In this document: piece after piece, positions 7,053 to 16,864 of the stretch
Layout: each line of letters begins with the position of its first letter
How positions within the stretch are numbered: the first letter of the stretch is position 1
From: Planctomycetales bacterium
GTDB taxonomy: Bacteria; 4484-113
Length of the DNA: 31,585 nt
Direction: 5' to 3'
NCBI GenBank assembly: GCA_037445915.1
Contig: JBBIJQ010000017.1
Span: 4,086 to 35,670, forward strand
The notes under the pieces: generated by a model
Told to the model about the DNA's origin: nothing
What the model saw: only the letters and a program-made list of their open reading frames with translations
Database searches by the model: none
Position numbers and translations under genes: made by a program

Positions 7053-8408
7053 ATGCCACCAGAAGAGAAGTTTGATGTAATCATCGTCGGTGCAGGGGTC
7101 GCGGGCATCACCGCAGCGCTGGCCTGCGCGCGCGCAGGGCTGGAGACCGTCGTCTTTGAGCGCGGCGAATACCCCGGCGCGAAGAACCTGTCGGGCGGCG
7201 TGCTGTTCGGCTCGGTAATCCAGGGGCTCATCCCCAACTACTGGGAGAAGGCGCCGGTGGAGCGCGCGGTCTCGCGCAAGGAATTCGCGTTCCTGAGCAA
7301 CGAGAAGTCGCTAAGCTTTGAGTTCTCCACGCAGTCATTCGCCCAGCCGCCTTACAACAACACGTTCACCGTCCTGCGCAGCAAGTTTGACCGCTGGTAT
7401 GCAGAGCAGGCGGAGGAAGCCGGCGCCATGTTCGTCACCGAAACGGTCGTGGACGACCTTATTAAGGAAGACGGGCGCGTGGTCGGCGTGAAGGCGCGGC
7501 GGGACGAAGGCGACATGTATGCCGATTGCGTCATCATCGCCGAGGGCGCAAGCTCGTTCCTCGCCGAGCGCATGGGCCTGCACAACCCCTTCGGCCCGAT
7601 GGACATGGTGACGACGGCGAAGGAAGTGCTGTCGCTGCCGCAAGGCGTCATTGAAGACCGCTTCAACCTTGAGCCGGGCGAGGGCGTGAGCATTGACTGC
7701 TTCGGTGAAGGCGCAGCGATGGGAATGCTCGGCGGCGGCTTCGTTTACACTAACAAGGACACGCTGTCGGTGGGCATCGGCGTGAACGTAGGCGACGTCA
7801 TGCGCACGCGCGTTTCGCCCAACAACCTGCTGGAGCGCTTCAAGAGCCACCGCAGTATCCGCCGCTTATTAAAGGATGCGAAGCTGGAGGAATACTCGGC
7901 GCACCTTATCCCCGAATACGGGCAGGGACGCTTCTTCCCGCGCTACGGCGACGGGTGGATGATCGTGGGCGATGCGGCTGGCTTCGTGAACACAAGCCTT
8001 TACCATGAGGGGACAAACTACGCGTGCGCCAGCGGGCTGGCTGCAGCGCAGACTGCGATTGAGGCGAAGGCCAACGGCGACTTCAGCGCGGCTGCGCTCA
8101 AGGCATACGACACGCGGCTTGAGGAGTCGTTCGTAATGCAGGACCTGCGGCGTTTTAAGGATGTCGCGGAGTTCATGCACAAGCACCCAGAGTTCCTCGG
8201 CAAGTATCCCGAGACGATTATTGAACTCGCCGAGCGTTACTTTGAAGTTACCGGCGAGCCGAAGGAAAAGATACTTAAGCGCGTCGTGCGCGGGTTCAGG
8301 AGCGGGCTACCGCTGATGAAGATGTCGCTTGATTCGCTGGCGATGATGCAGAAAGTGCTGGGCGTGGAACCGAAGTGGTTTTTCTTCCCCGGCAAGGAGG
8401 ATAAGTAG
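7053..8408 (+). CDS. fixC: FixC-type ETF:quinone oxidoreductase flavoprotein
   Basis: FDVIIVGAGVAG Rossmann fold, ERGEYPGAKNLSGG, FTVLRSKFDRW, GGGFVYTNKDTLSVG, EYSAHLIPE, VGDAAG. Start at 7053 (downstream of the promoter) rather than 6963. Confidence 0.9.
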   Translation: MPPEEKFDVIIVGAGVAGITAALACARAGLETVVFERGEYPGAKNLSGGVLFGSVIQGLIPNYWEKAPVERAVSRKEFAFLSNEKSLSFEFSTQSFAQPPYNNTFTVLRSKFDRWYAEQAEEAGAMFVTETVVDDLIKEDGRVVGVKARRDEGDMYADCVIIAEGASSFLAERMGLHNPFGPMDMVTTAKEVLSLPQGVIEDRFNLEPGEGVSIDCFGEGAAMGMLGGGFVYTNKDTLSVGIGVNVGDVMRTRVSPNNLLERFKSHRSIRRLLKDAKLEEYSAHLIPEYGQGRFFPRYGDGWMIVGDAAGFVNTSLYHEGTNYACASGLAAAQTAIEAKANGDFSAAALKAYDTRLEESFVMQDLRRFKDVAEFMHKHPEFLGKYPETIIELAERYFEVTGEPKEKILKRVVRGFRSGLPLMKMSLDSLAMMQKVLGVEPKWFFFPGKEDK

Positions 8409-8894
8409 ATGGCTGAGGAGAAACAAGAAGTCATCCTTGCGCTGATAAAGAAGAACTCCGACGAAGTCGGCCCGGGAGGGCAGGGCAAGACGCGCGGCGT
8501 GATAAACGCAGATGCGCATGACTACCCCGGCACACAGCCGACCGGCGAAGTGAATATCCGCTCGTTTGAACGCGAGCGCACGCTGCTATGCGCGGCTGAG
8601 AAGCTCCAATACCAGGTGCTCACGCTTGAGGATAAGCTAGCAGCGACGAAATTCGTAGCCGCCGAAGGCGACCCGCACCTGCTCGTGGACAATGCGATAT
8701 GCAGCACTTGCCCGGCGCAGTGGTGCCTGGTCGTCTGCCCGGCGCAGCGCTACAGCAAGGACGCGGCCGGGATGATACACGTGGACAGCGAAGGCTGCTT
8801 TGAATGCGGAACCTGCCGCGTGGCATGCCTCCCCGGCGGGCTATACTGGAAATACCCCCTTGGCGGCTTCGGGGTCTGTTACCGGCAGGGCTAG
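8409..8894 (+). CDS. fixX: FixX-type ferredoxin with ~70-aa N-terminal extension
   Basis: CSTC..WCLVVCPA, GCFECGTCRVAC and the C-terminal WKYPLGGFGVCYRQG FixX signature; ATG abuts the fixC stop with AAGGAGG upstream. Confidence 0.88.
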   Translation: MAEEKQEVILALIKKNSDEVGPGGQGKTRGVINADAHDYPGTQPTGEVNIRSFERERTLLCAAEKLQYQVLTLEDKLAATKFVAAEGDPHLLVDNAICSTCPAQWCLVVCPAQRYSKDAAGMIHVDSEGCFECGTCRVACLPGGLYWKYPLGGFGVCYRQG

Positions 8895-8907
8895 CTTTAC
8901 TTACGGC

Positions 8908-8935
8908 TTGACATTGGGCGGGAAAAGCTTACAAT
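8908..8935 (+). promoter_or_regulatory. Sigma70-type promoter of the MNT-HEPN pair
   Basis: TTGACA-16 nt-TACAAT, 10 nt upstream of ATG 8946. Confidence 0.65.
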
Positions 8936-8945
8936 TGGGCTGGAT

Positions 8946-9548
8946 ATGCGTCCAAAGACACCAGGCAAAGCGATTGAGTGGCTATTCCCCAAGGTGAGAG
9001 CGGAAGTGCTGGCACGGCTTCTGCTTTCAGATAAACAATGGTATGGCCGCGAGCTAGCGCAAACAACGGGGATGAGCCACAGCACCATCAACACAGAGCT
9101 TAAAGGGCTGACCGCCGCAGGCATATTGGTGCAAGAGCGCTCCGGCAACCGGACATACTACAAAGCTAACCCACAGTCGCCGTTGTTTCCCGAGCTTCGT
9201 ATGCTCCTAATTAAGACCGCAGGAATCGCTGATGTCCTCCGGGAAGCGCTGGAGCCGATTAGAGACAAGGTTCGAGTGGCGTTCATCTACGGCAGCATCG
9301 CGCGTGGCGAGGAGCGCGCTGACAGCGATGTGGACTTGATGGTCATCGGCGATATTTCCTTTGGAGAAGTAGTTGACTGCATATATGATACGCAGAAAAC
9401 ACTGCGCAGGGAAGTGAATCCAAGCGTGTTCCCGGTCGGGGAGTATAAGGAGAAGCTTGCCGAGGGCCATCATTTCATCACTGAAGTCGCGGAAGGAATG
9501 AAGCTATTTCTAGTTGGAGATACTGATGAGTTTGCTGGACTGGTGTGA
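8946..9548 (+). CDS. Winged-HTH plus minimal nucleotidyltransferase (MNT) antitoxin-like protein
   Basis: N-terminal wHTH (YGRELAQTTGMSHSTINTELKGLTAAGIL...GNRTYYKAN) and pol-beta motif YGSIARGEERADSDVDL. Confidence 0.88.
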   Translation: MRPKTPGKAIEWLFPKVRAEVLARLLLSDKQWYGRELAQTTGMSHSTINTELKGLTAAGILVQERSGNRTYYKANPQSPLFPELRMLLIKTAGIADVLREALEPIRDKVRVAFIYGSIARGEERADSDVDLMVIGDISFGEVVDCIYDTQKTLRREVNPSVFPVGEYKEKLAEGHHFITEVAEGMKLFLVGDTDEFAGLV

Positions 9549-9969
9549 AGCCGGGCTGATTCAACAACACGAGCCAAAGAAAGAGGAGATTGAGAATCTG
9601 CTTAAGATGGCGGATGAAGACTTGGCCCGGTGTTCGTTGAAAAGACTTTTGACAGACTGGAAGTTTATCATCGCCTACACGGCCGCATTGGCATGCGCAA
9701 ATGCCGCCCTAGCAGCATCCGGGTACAGAACGCGAAATGACCGAAGTCCGCACGAAAACGCTTTGGACTCACTGCGCTTTACGATTCAGCTTTCCGACAG
9801 GAGAATTGCGAAACTGCAGCACTTCAGGAAGAAACGACATTCAGCTCATTATGAGTTAGCTGGGAGCATCTCCATGACAGTTTCCGACGAAATGATCGCG
9901 ATTGCCAGAGAACTGCGACAGAACGTGGGTGCTTGGCTCGCAGAGCTTTATCCTGGACTGATAGGCTGA
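9526..9969 (+). CDS. HEPN-domain protein, putative toxin partner of the MNT
   Basis: Helical ~147 aa, AYTAAL...LAASGYR...H...FRKKRHSAHY (Rx4Y variant); overlaps the MNT 3' end; GGAGA 5 nt upstream of ATG 9526. Confidence 0.8.
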   Translation: MSLLDWCEAGLIQQHEPKKEEIENLLKMADEDLARCSLKRLLTDWKFIIAYTAALACANAALAASGYRTRNDRSPHENALDSLRFTIQLSDRRIAKLQHFRKKRHSAHYELAGSISMTVSDEMIAIARELRQNVGAWLAELYPGLIG

Positions 9970-10034
9970 GGACATCGCTAAAGGGCTGCGCTTTACCCTT
10001 CGCGTGAAACAACCTAGAATAATAGTTCACCAAC

Positions 10035-10658
10035 ATGACTGAGAAGGCGCGGAGAATTGGCATAATGGGCGGGTCGTTCAACCCGATTCACCACGGCCAC
10101 CTCGTCGCGGCGCAGGAAGCCAAGGCCAAGTTCAGCCTGGAGCGCATAATCTTCGTTCCCGCCTACCGCAACCCGTTCAAGATCGGTGAGCAAAACGACC
10201 GAGAAATGGCGTCCACTTTTCATCGCTACACGATGGTGGAGCTGGCGACCTCCAGCAACCCCGACTTCTATGTTTCCAGCTTTGAGATAGACCGCGAGAT
10301 GCCGAGTTACACGCTGGAGACGCTACAGCATTTTCACGAGGAATACGCTGAAACAAGCCTGTATTTCATTACCGGAACTGACGCGGTGTTTTCAATGCCT
10401 AGGTGGAACGGGGTGGAACAGTTCCACAACTACTGCGAGATTATCGCTGTGACAAGGCCAAGCTATGTGCCCAACTATGAGGAGTTTATCAGCGAGGCTT
10501 CTCAGCTTGGATTGAAGGTCTATTTCATAACTATTCCGGCGCTGGAGATTTCCTCCAGCGACATCCGCGACCGCGTCAAGCGCTCACAGCCCATTCGCTA
10601 CCTGACTCCGACGAGCGTCGCCGTCTACATAGAAAAGCAGGGGCTCTACAAGCACTAG
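10035..10658 (+). CDS. nadD: Nicotinate-nucleotide adenylyltransferase
   Basis: IGIMGGSFNPIHHGHL, SYTLETL, YFITGTD, EISSSDIR. Confidence 0.95.
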   Translation: MTEKARRIGIMGGSFNPIHHGHLVAAQEAKAKFSLERIIFVPAYRNPFKIGEQNDREMASTFHRYTMVELATSSNPDFYVSSFEIDREMPSYTLETLQHFHEEYAETSLYFITGTDAVFSMPRWNGVEQFHNYCEIIAVTRPSYVPNYEEFISEASQLGLKVYFITIPALEISSSDIRDRVKRSQPIRYLTPTSVAVYIEKQGLYKH

Positions 10659-10733
10659 CCTGACTGTTATAGGCAGGAGCATTCCATTTTGCCGCGAACC
10701 ACAACGCGCGAGAGAACTATTGCCGAAAAGGTA

Positions 10734-10762
10734 TTGCCATCCATTGTGTGAAGTGCTACCAT
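10734..10762 (+). promoter_or_regulatory. Sigma70-type promoter of the ribosomal superoperon
   Basis: TTGCCA-17 nt-TACCAT with TG extension, 18 nt upstream of the rpsL ATG. Confidence 0.6.
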
Positions 10763-10780
10763 AAGCGTTCTCAAACTATT

Positions 10781-11152
10781 ATGCCGACAATCAACCAGCT
10801 AATTCGTAAACCAAGAGCGTTGGCGAAGGGCAAGTCAAAAGCCCCCGCCCTCAAGGAATGCCCCCAGCGGCGCGGCGTTTGCACGCGCGTCTGGACCGTT
10901 ACCCCCAAGAAGCCCAACTCCGCGCTGCGCAAAGTCGCCCGCGTGAAGCTTTCCAGCGGCTTTGAAGTGACGGCTTACATCCCCGGCGTGGGGCATAACT
11001 TGGCGGAGCACAGCGTTGTCCTGGTGCGCGGAGGCCGCGTGAAAGACCTGCCCGGCGTCCGTTACCATGTTGTCAGAGGAACGCTTGACGCCGCCGGCAC
11101 TGCCAACCGCAAGCAGGGGCGCAGCAAGTACGGCGCAAGGCGCCCGAAGTAA
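10781..11152 (+). CDS. rpsL: 30S ribosomal protein S12
   Basis: [10 protein letters not shown]...CPQRRGVC...[10 protein letters not shown]...GGRVKDLPG. Confidence 0.99.
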   Translation: MPTINQLIRKPRALAKGKSKAPALKECPQRRGVCTRVWTVTPKKPNSALRKVARVKLSSGFEVTAYIPGVGHNLAEHSVVLVRGGRVKDLPGVRYHVVRGTLDAAGTANRKQGRSKYGARRPK

Positions 11153-11161
11153 AGAGGTTAT

Positions 11162-11641
11162 ATGCCACGGGATCCTCGCAAGGTTAAAAAACATTCTCCG
11201 GCGCCAGATCCGGTTTACAACTCCGTTCTGGTCTCCAAGTTCATCAACAACATCATGCAGCGCGGAAAGAAAAGCACGGCTCAGCGCGTGTTTTACGATT
11301 CCCTCGCGCTCGTGGAAAAGCGCAACAAGGGTGAAGAACCTGCAATCAAGGTTCTTGAGCGGGCTATCCAGAACGCCCTGCCTGCTGTTGAAGTGAAGAG
11401 CAAGCGCGTTGGCGGCTCAACATACCAGGTGCCGATTGAAGTGCGCCCGGAGCGCCGTTACGCGCTAGCTATGCGGTGGCTGCTTGGTTACGCTAAGCAG
11501 CGTTCCGGCAAGTCTTTCGCCGATAAACTCGCAAACGAGCTGCTGGACGCTTCCAAAGGCGCTGGCGGCGCAATTAAGAAGCGTGATGACACGCACAAGA
11601 TGGCTGAAGCAAACCGCGCATTCGCGCAGTATCGCTGGTAA
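11162..11641 (+). CDS. rpsG: 30S ribosomal protein S7
   Basis: PDPVY...GKKSTA...[11 protein letters not shown]...MAEANRAFA. Confidence 0.99.
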   Translation: MPRDPRKVKKHSPAPDPVYNSVLVSKFINNIMQRGKKSTAQRVFYDSLALVEKRNKGEEPAIKVLERAIQNALPAVEVKSKRVGGSTYQVPIEVRPERRYALAMRWLLGYAKQRSGKSFADKLANELLDASKGAGGAIKKRDDTHKMAEANRAFAQYRW

Positions 11642-11656
11642 TCTTAAGGTTCTGAA

Positions 11657-11684
11657 GGAGTCCGGGGTTTAGCCCGGGTTTTCT
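11657..11684 (+). terminator. Possible intrinsic terminator/attenuator hairpin after rpsG
   Basis: CCGGG-gtttag-CCCGG followed by GTTTTCT; short stem and weak U-tract. Confidence 0.35.
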
Positions 11685-11767
11685 GGAGCGAATATTGGGA
11701 GCTCATGCACCCACAAAAATCGGAACGGTCGTGAGGCCGCCCGAGCGGACGACGGTGAGTTCGTTCA

Positions 11768-13891
11768 ATGCCTGCATTGTCGCACATTCGGAACGTTGGA
11801 ATCGCGGCTCACATAGACGCAGGGAAAACCACGCTCACCGAACGCATCCTCTTTTACACTGGCCGACAGCATAAGCTCGGTGAAGTCCATAATGGCGCTG
11901 CCACTATGGACTGGATGATCCAAGAAAAAGAGCGCGGCATAACCATAACTTCAGCCTGCACCCATTGCACCTGGCGAGACCACAGCATCAACATAATAGA
12001 TACGCCCGGCCATGTTGATTTCACCATAGAAGTAGAGCGAAGCATGCGCGTCCTTGACGGGCTGGTCGTCCTCTTTGACGCGGTTGCGGCAGTCCAGCCG
12101 CAAAGCGAGACAGTCTGGCGGCAGGCAAACCGATACCGAGTCCCCCGTATCGCTTTTGTCAACAAGATGGACCGCATGGGCGCTGATTTCAACAATGTCG
12201 TTGCGAAGATGCGCGAGAAGCTGATGGCCCCAGCAGTCGCGGTTCAACTCCCAATAGGCAATGAAGACACCTTCATAGGGGTAGTTGACCTGATAGACCA
12301 GCGGGCTTATTACTGGCATGAAGAAGACCTAGGCCAAACTTACGATGAAGCTGGCATTCCAGAAAATATGCGGGCTGAGGTAAAAGCGCGCCGCCGCGAG
12401 CTAGTTGAGAGGATTTGCGAGAAGGATGACGTGCTTCTAGAGAAGTATTTCGCCGACGAAGAGATTACACCCCAACATCTCCGTGAAGTCTTGCGCAAGG
12501 CGACCTGCGCCTTGTCTCTCGTACCCGTCTTCTGCGGAAGCTCATTCAAGAATAAAGGCGTGCAGCTGCTAATCAACGGCATCGTGGATTACCTGCCTGC
12601 GCCTGATGAGGTGCCTCCCGTTGAGGGGATTGACCCCCGCACGGGCAAGAAAGAGACGCGCCCCGCAGACGACAATGCGCCTTTCTCAGCGCTAGCCTTC
12701 AAAATTGCCACTGACCAGCATGTTGGCAGGATTACTTTTGTCCGCGTTTACTCTGGGCGCATCAGGAAAGGCAGCACCGCAATCAACGTACGTGACGGCT
12801 CCAAGGAGCGGTTCACGCGCTTGATGAGGATGCACGCCAACCACCGAGAAGACATTGATGAAATTGGCGCAGGAGATACCGCTGCGATAGTTGGCCTGCG
12901 CAGCGCCGGGACTGGCGATACGCTTGCCGACCCCAAGCATCAGATACTTCTTGAGCGGATACACGTTCCGCTGCCAGTGTTGGAAGTGTCGCTAGAACCT
13001 AAGACACAGAGCGACCAGGAGCGTATGGGCACGTCGCTTATGCGCCTTGCTGAAGAGGACCCCACCTTCCGCTACAAGACAGACCAGGAGAGCGGCCAGG
13101 TAGTGATTTCAGGCATGGGCGAGCTGCACTTGGAGATAATAGTTGACCGCCTGCTGCGCGAGTTCAAGCTTGCCGCCAAAGTCGGCAGGCCGCAGGTTGC
13201 ATACCGCGAGACGGTTTCGGCACGCGTTGACGGCGTTGAAGGCAAGCTTGTCCGCCAGACCGGCGGGCACGGGCAGTACGGGCACGTAATCATCAACCTT
13301 TTTCCCGCTCCTGACGGCAAGGAATACCACTTTGTGAATAAAGTCGGCCAGGACGTTATCCCCAAGGAATTCATTTCCTCTATTGAGCAGGGATTGAAGG
13401 AAGCGCTGACCTCGGGCGTATTGCTTGGCTTTCCCGCAGTACGCATCGGCGTTGAGCTGGTCGGCGGTTCTTCTCACAGCGTTGATAGCAGCGACATTGC
13501 CTTCCGCATAGCTGCATCGCATGCCGCGCGCGACGGGATGCGCCGTGCATCGCCAGTGCTTTTGGAACCTGTGATGAGCGTTGAGGTCGCGATTCCCGAT
13601 CAGTACCTTGGCGATATCGCAAGCGACTTGACTGCGCGCCGCGGTAAGGTTGAATCGTTTGACAAGCTGGAGGAGAACACGCATACGATTCATGCGCAAG
13701 TTCCCCTGGCAGAGATGTTTGGGTATGCCACCGAACTACGTTCTCGGACACAGGGCAGGGGCACTTTCACAATGGAGTTTGCGCGTTATGAGCCGCTTCC
13801 GCCGGAAGAGGCTAAACGGTATATTGCCGGCATGTCGCCGGCTGGAGTAACTAACCAAGAGGGCGAACATGGCTCAAAAGATCCGCATTAA
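11768..13891 (+). CDS. fusA: Elongation factor G
   Basis: [55 protein letters not shown]; 3' end overlaps rpsJ by 23 nt. Confidence 0.98.
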   Translation: MPALSHIRNVGIAAHIDAGKTTLTERILFYTGRQHKLGEVHNGAATMDWMIQEKERGITITSACTHCTWRDHSINIIDTPGHVDFTIEVERSMRVLDGLVVLFDAVAAVQPQSETVWRQANRYRVPRIAFVNKMDRMGADFNNVVAKMREKLMAPAVAVQLPIGNEDTFIGVVDLIDQRAYYWHEEDLGQTYDEAGIPENMRAEVKARRRELVERICEKDDVLLEKYFADEEITPQHLREVLRKATCALSLVPVFCGSSFKNKGVQLLINGIVDYLPAPDEVPPVEGIDPRTGKKETRPADDNAPFSALAFKIATDQHVGRITFVRVYSGRIRKGSTAINVRDGSKERFTRLMRMHANHREDIDEIGAGDTAAIVGLRSAGTGDTLADPKHQILLERIHVPLPVLEVSLEPKTQSDQERMGTSLMRLAEEDPTFRYKTDQESGQVVISGMGELHLEIIVDRLLREFKLAAKVGRPQVAYRETVSARVDGVEGKLVRQTGGHGQYGHVIINLFPAPDGKEYHFVNKVGQDVIPKEFISSIEQGLKEALTSGVLLGFPAVRIGVELVGGSSHSVDSSDIAFRIAASHAARDGMRRASPVLLEPVMSVEVAIPDQYLGDIASDLTARRGKVESFDKLEENTHTIHAQVPLAEMFGYATELRSRTQGRGTFTMEFARYEPLPPEEAKRYIAGMSPAGVTNQEGEHGSKDPH

Positions 13892-14174
13892 ACTGAAAAG
13901 CTACGATTACAAAATCCTTGATGAAAGCGTCAGCCGCATTGTTTCCACGGTGGAGCGCAGCGGGGCCCGTGTGGTCGGCCCGATACCCTTGCCGACCGAG
14001 AAACGCATCTTCTGCGTGCTGCGCGGGCCGCATGTTGACAAGAAGAGCCGCGAGCACTTTGAGATACGGACTCACATGCGACTTATTGATATTCTTCACC
14101 CTACAGCGCAGACGGTCGAACACTTAACATCGCTAGACTTGCCCGCAGGCGTTGACGTAGAGCTGAAGGGATAG
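13869..14174 (+). CDS. rpsJ: 30S ribosomal protein S10
   Basis: [29 protein letters not shown]. Confidence 0.99.
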   Translation: MAQKIRIKLKSYDYKILDESVSRIVSTVERSGARVVGPIPLPTEKRIFCVLRGPHVDKKSREHFEIRTHMRLIDILHPTAQTVEHLTSLDLPAGVDVELKG

Positions 14175-14201
14175 TATATTAGAGGTTCGCGGAGTATTCC
14201 G

Positions 14202-15047
14202 ATGATACCGACGATAAAAGGCGTAAAACTTGGAATGACTGCTGTGTTTGATGCCACTGGCACAACCACGGCGGTAACGCTCGTCCGCCCATACCGGGCA
14301 GTAGTGACGCAGGTCAAGACACCGGAGCGCGATGGCTATTCGGCTGTGCAATTGGCATATCACGATGCTGCGCCGAAGCACATCAACAAGCCTTTGAGAG
14401 GCGTACTTGACCACGCAGGCACGAAAGATAACTTCACCAAGCTCTACGAAGTAAGAGTGCCTGCGTCTGAATTGCCCAAGTACCAGCCCGGCGATGAAAT
14501 GAATCCAGCGGACTTCCTCATCGCATGGGCGGAAGTGGATGTAGTTGGGATGAGTAAAGGCAAAGGCTTCGCCGGGGCTGTGAAGCGCTACCACTTTAGA
14601 GGCCAGTGCCGCACCCACGGTGACCCGGACAACCGCCGGCCGCAGAGTAACGGCGGAACGGACGCCGCGCGTGTGTTTAAGGGCTCACGCCGCCCAGGCC
14701 ATATGGGCTATGAGCGCATCAAGCTTCGGGCATGCTCCATTTATGAATACTTCCGCAAGCTAAACGTGATAGTTATCCAAGGGTCAGTCCCCGGTTCCAT
14801 TGGGGCTGAGATCACACTCACATTGCGCAAGGAATTTTCGCCTGAAGAGCAGGCTGAGCACGAGAAGATGATTACCCTCGACGAGCACCAGCTTGGCCTC
14901 ATTGACGCTGAAGGCCCCTCGCACGGAAAGCCTGCGCATGCAAAAGCGCCGATTTCTGAGGCAGAGCCCGAAGCTGTAGCGGATGTTACCGAGCCTGCGG
15001 CCGACGAAACTGATGCCGCTAATCCCGCTGAAGGGAAGGGCGACTAA
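14202..15047 (+). CDS. rplC: 50S ribosomal protein L3 with acidic C-terminal extension
   Basis: KLGMT, DGYSAVQL, SKGKGFAG, RVFKG...GHMG, GSVPG. Confidence 0.97.
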   Translation: MIPTIKGVKLGMTAVFDATGTTTAVTLVRPYRAVVTQVKTPERDGYSAVQLAYHDAAPKHINKPLRGVLDHAGTKDNFTKLYEVRVPASELPKYQPGDEMNPADFLIAWAEVDVVGMSKGKGFAGAVKRYHFRGQCRTHGDPDNRRPQSNGGTDAARVFKGSRRPGHMGYERIKLRACSIYEYFRKLNVIVIQGSVPGSIGAEITLTLRKEFSPEEQAEHEKMITLDEHQLGLIDAEGPSHGKPAHAKAPISEAEPEAVADVTEPAADETDAANPAEGKGD

Positions 15048-15049
15048 CC

Positions 15050-15715
15050 ATGGCTGTTAGATACGAAAGCGTTACGGAAATCCCAGAGCTTATAGTTGAC
15101 AGCGTGAACTATGGCCATATCTCTCTCGCTTACAGCAGGCAGCGCATATTAGCTTCGCCGCGCACCGCCAAGACGAAGAAGCGGCATGAAGTTAAGATGA
15201 CCTCCGCCAAGTGGTTTCGCCAGAAGGGAACGGGCCGTGCCCGCCAGGGCGCGCGCAGCAACCCGCATTTACGCGGAGGCGGCGTGGTTTTTGGCCCTAT
15301 CCCGGGCGAGCGCTCGTCCAAGCTCAACCGCAAAGTTCGCCGCAGCGCCCTGCGCTCCGCGCTCCTCTACCACTTGGAAGAAGGCGCGATAAAGATGCTC
15401 AAAGGTGATGACTTTGAGAACTTTACTAAGACCAAGGACGCCTACAGCGCGCTGCTCCAAAGCCAGTTTGAGGGCAAGGGGCTGGTTATTGTCCAGCGTG
15501 AAGCTCCTGTGCTGCGTGCGCTGCGCAACATCGCTGGCATCACGGTTCTTTCACCAGACCGCTTGAACGTTGTTGACCTTGTGAATAGCAACTTCATTAT
15601 CTTTACGGAAGCCGCGCTGGAGGAAGCCAAGCTGCACCTTTCCGGCGCAATGGAAGTAGACAACCTCAGCATGACTATTGTTGAAGAGCCATCAGCTGAA
15701 GGAGGCCAGCAGTGA
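15050..15715 (+). CDS. rplD: 50S ribosomal protein L4
   Basis: RQKGTGRARQG, GGGVVFGP, LNRKVRRSAL, RNI. Confidence 0.97.
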   Translation: MAVRYESVTEIPELIVDSVNYGHISLAYSRQRILASPRTAKTKKRHEVKMTSAKWFRQKGTGRARQGARSNPHLRGGGVVFGPIPGERSSKLNRKVRRSALRSALLYHLEEGAIKMLKGDDFENFTKTKDAYSALLQSQFEGKGLVIVQREAPVLRALRNIAGITVLSPDRLNVVDLVNSNFIIFTEAALEEAKLHLSGAMEVDNLSMTIVEEPSAEGGQQ

Positions 15716-16011
15716 CTAGTGTTTGGCACCCTGGCGATGTAGTCAAATACCCTATCATCTCTGAAAAGTCCATGGAGGACGCCGAGAAGGGAAAGTACAT
15801 ATTCATTATCGCTTCGGACGCGTCAAAGGCGGAAGTTCACCGCGCCATTAGTGAGCTTTACGGCGTAGATGTAGTGAAGGTCAATGTCGTGAACCTTCCC
15901 CGCAAGCCTAAGCGATACGGCCGACATGCATACAAGACTGGCAGAGTGCGCAAGGCGATTGTGACCCTGACTAAAGGCCAGACTATTCCGGAGATTACGG
16001 AGGCCGTCTAA
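15712..16011 (+). CDS. rplW: 50S ribosomal protein L23
   Basis: PIISEKS, VDVVKVN, KAIVTL; GTG start. Confidence 0.97.
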   Translation: MTSVWHPGDVVKYPIISEKSMEDAEKGKYIFIIASDASKAEVHRAISELYGVDVVKVNVVNLPRKPKRYGRHAYKTGRVRKAIVTLTKGQTIPEITEAV

Positions 16012-16014
16012 CCG

Positions 16015-16842
16015 ATGCCACTGAAGTCTTACAAACCTTATACAGCTTCCCGCCGCGGCATGCAGACGACCGACTACTCCGTCCTGACCGGAGGCGATGT
16101 TCCCAAGTCGCTCAAGCAACCTAAGTCCAAGAGCGGAGGCCGCAACAACCAAGGGCATGTTACGGTGCGCTGCCGTGGTGGTGGAAGCCGCCAGATCTAC
16201 CGCATTGTTGACTTTTCGCGCCGCGAGGAAGGCGAGACCGAAGTAGTCGCGCTCCAATATGACCCGAATCGCAGCGCTTTTATCGCATTGGTTCGCTTCC
16301 GCAGCACAGGCAAGCTCGCTTACGTGATTGCGCCCGATAGCGTGAAGGTTGGCGACATGCTCCAGTCCGGCACCGCCGCGCCGATAAGGCCCGGCAATGC
16401 CCTTCCACTGAGCAGCATTCCTGAAGGCACGCTAGTGCATAACATTGAGCTTCGTCCCGGCACCCGAGGGAAGATGGTGCGCGCGGCTGGAACCTATGCC
16501 CAGGTTATGGCGAAAGAGGGCGGTCGGTGCACTGTCAGGCTTCCAAGCGGCGAAATGCGCTTTGTTCAGCTGGAATGCTATGCGACTATCGGTCGCGTGA
16601 GCAATATAGACCATGAAAACGTGAAGCTTGGCAAGGCCGGCGCTAGCCGCCACCGCGGTCGCCGTCCTCACCCGCGCGGATCCCACCTCAACCCTGTTGA
16701 CCACCCGATGGGTGGCGGAGAAGGCAAGAGCAAGTCGGGTCGCGTCCCGTGCAGCCCTACTGGCGTGCCTGCCAAGGGCTATCGTACGCGCTCCAAGGGG
16801 AAGTCTAAGCAACACCTGGTGAAGGACCGCCGCGCAAAGTAA
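16015..16842 (+). CDS. rplB: 50S ribosomal protein L2
   Basis: [36 protein letters not shown]. Confidence 0.99.
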   Translation: MPLKSYKPYTASRRGMQTTDYSVLTGGDVPKSLKQPKSKSGGRNNQGHVTVRCRGGGSRQIYRIVDFSRREEGETEVVALQYDPNRSAFIALVRFRSTGKLAYVIAPDSVKVGDMLQSGTAAPIRPGNALPLSSIPEGTLVHNIELRPGTRGKMVRAAGTYAQVMAKEGGRCTVRLPSGEMRFVQLECYATIGRVSNIDHENVKLGKAGASRHRGRRPHPRGSHLNPVDHPMGGGEGKSKSGRVPCSPTGVPAKGYRTRSKGKSKQHLVKDRRAK

Positions 16843-16864
16843 CTATGAGAGGGAATACGACTGT

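Noticed and set aside
7053..8894. Nitrogen fixation locus
   Set aside because: fixCX homologs are widespread in non-diazotrophs and no nif genes are in the window.
11642..11767. Group II intron remnant or tRNA in the rpsG-fusA spacer
   Set aside because: No domain V/VI motif, no T-loop GTTCRA and no cloverleaf.
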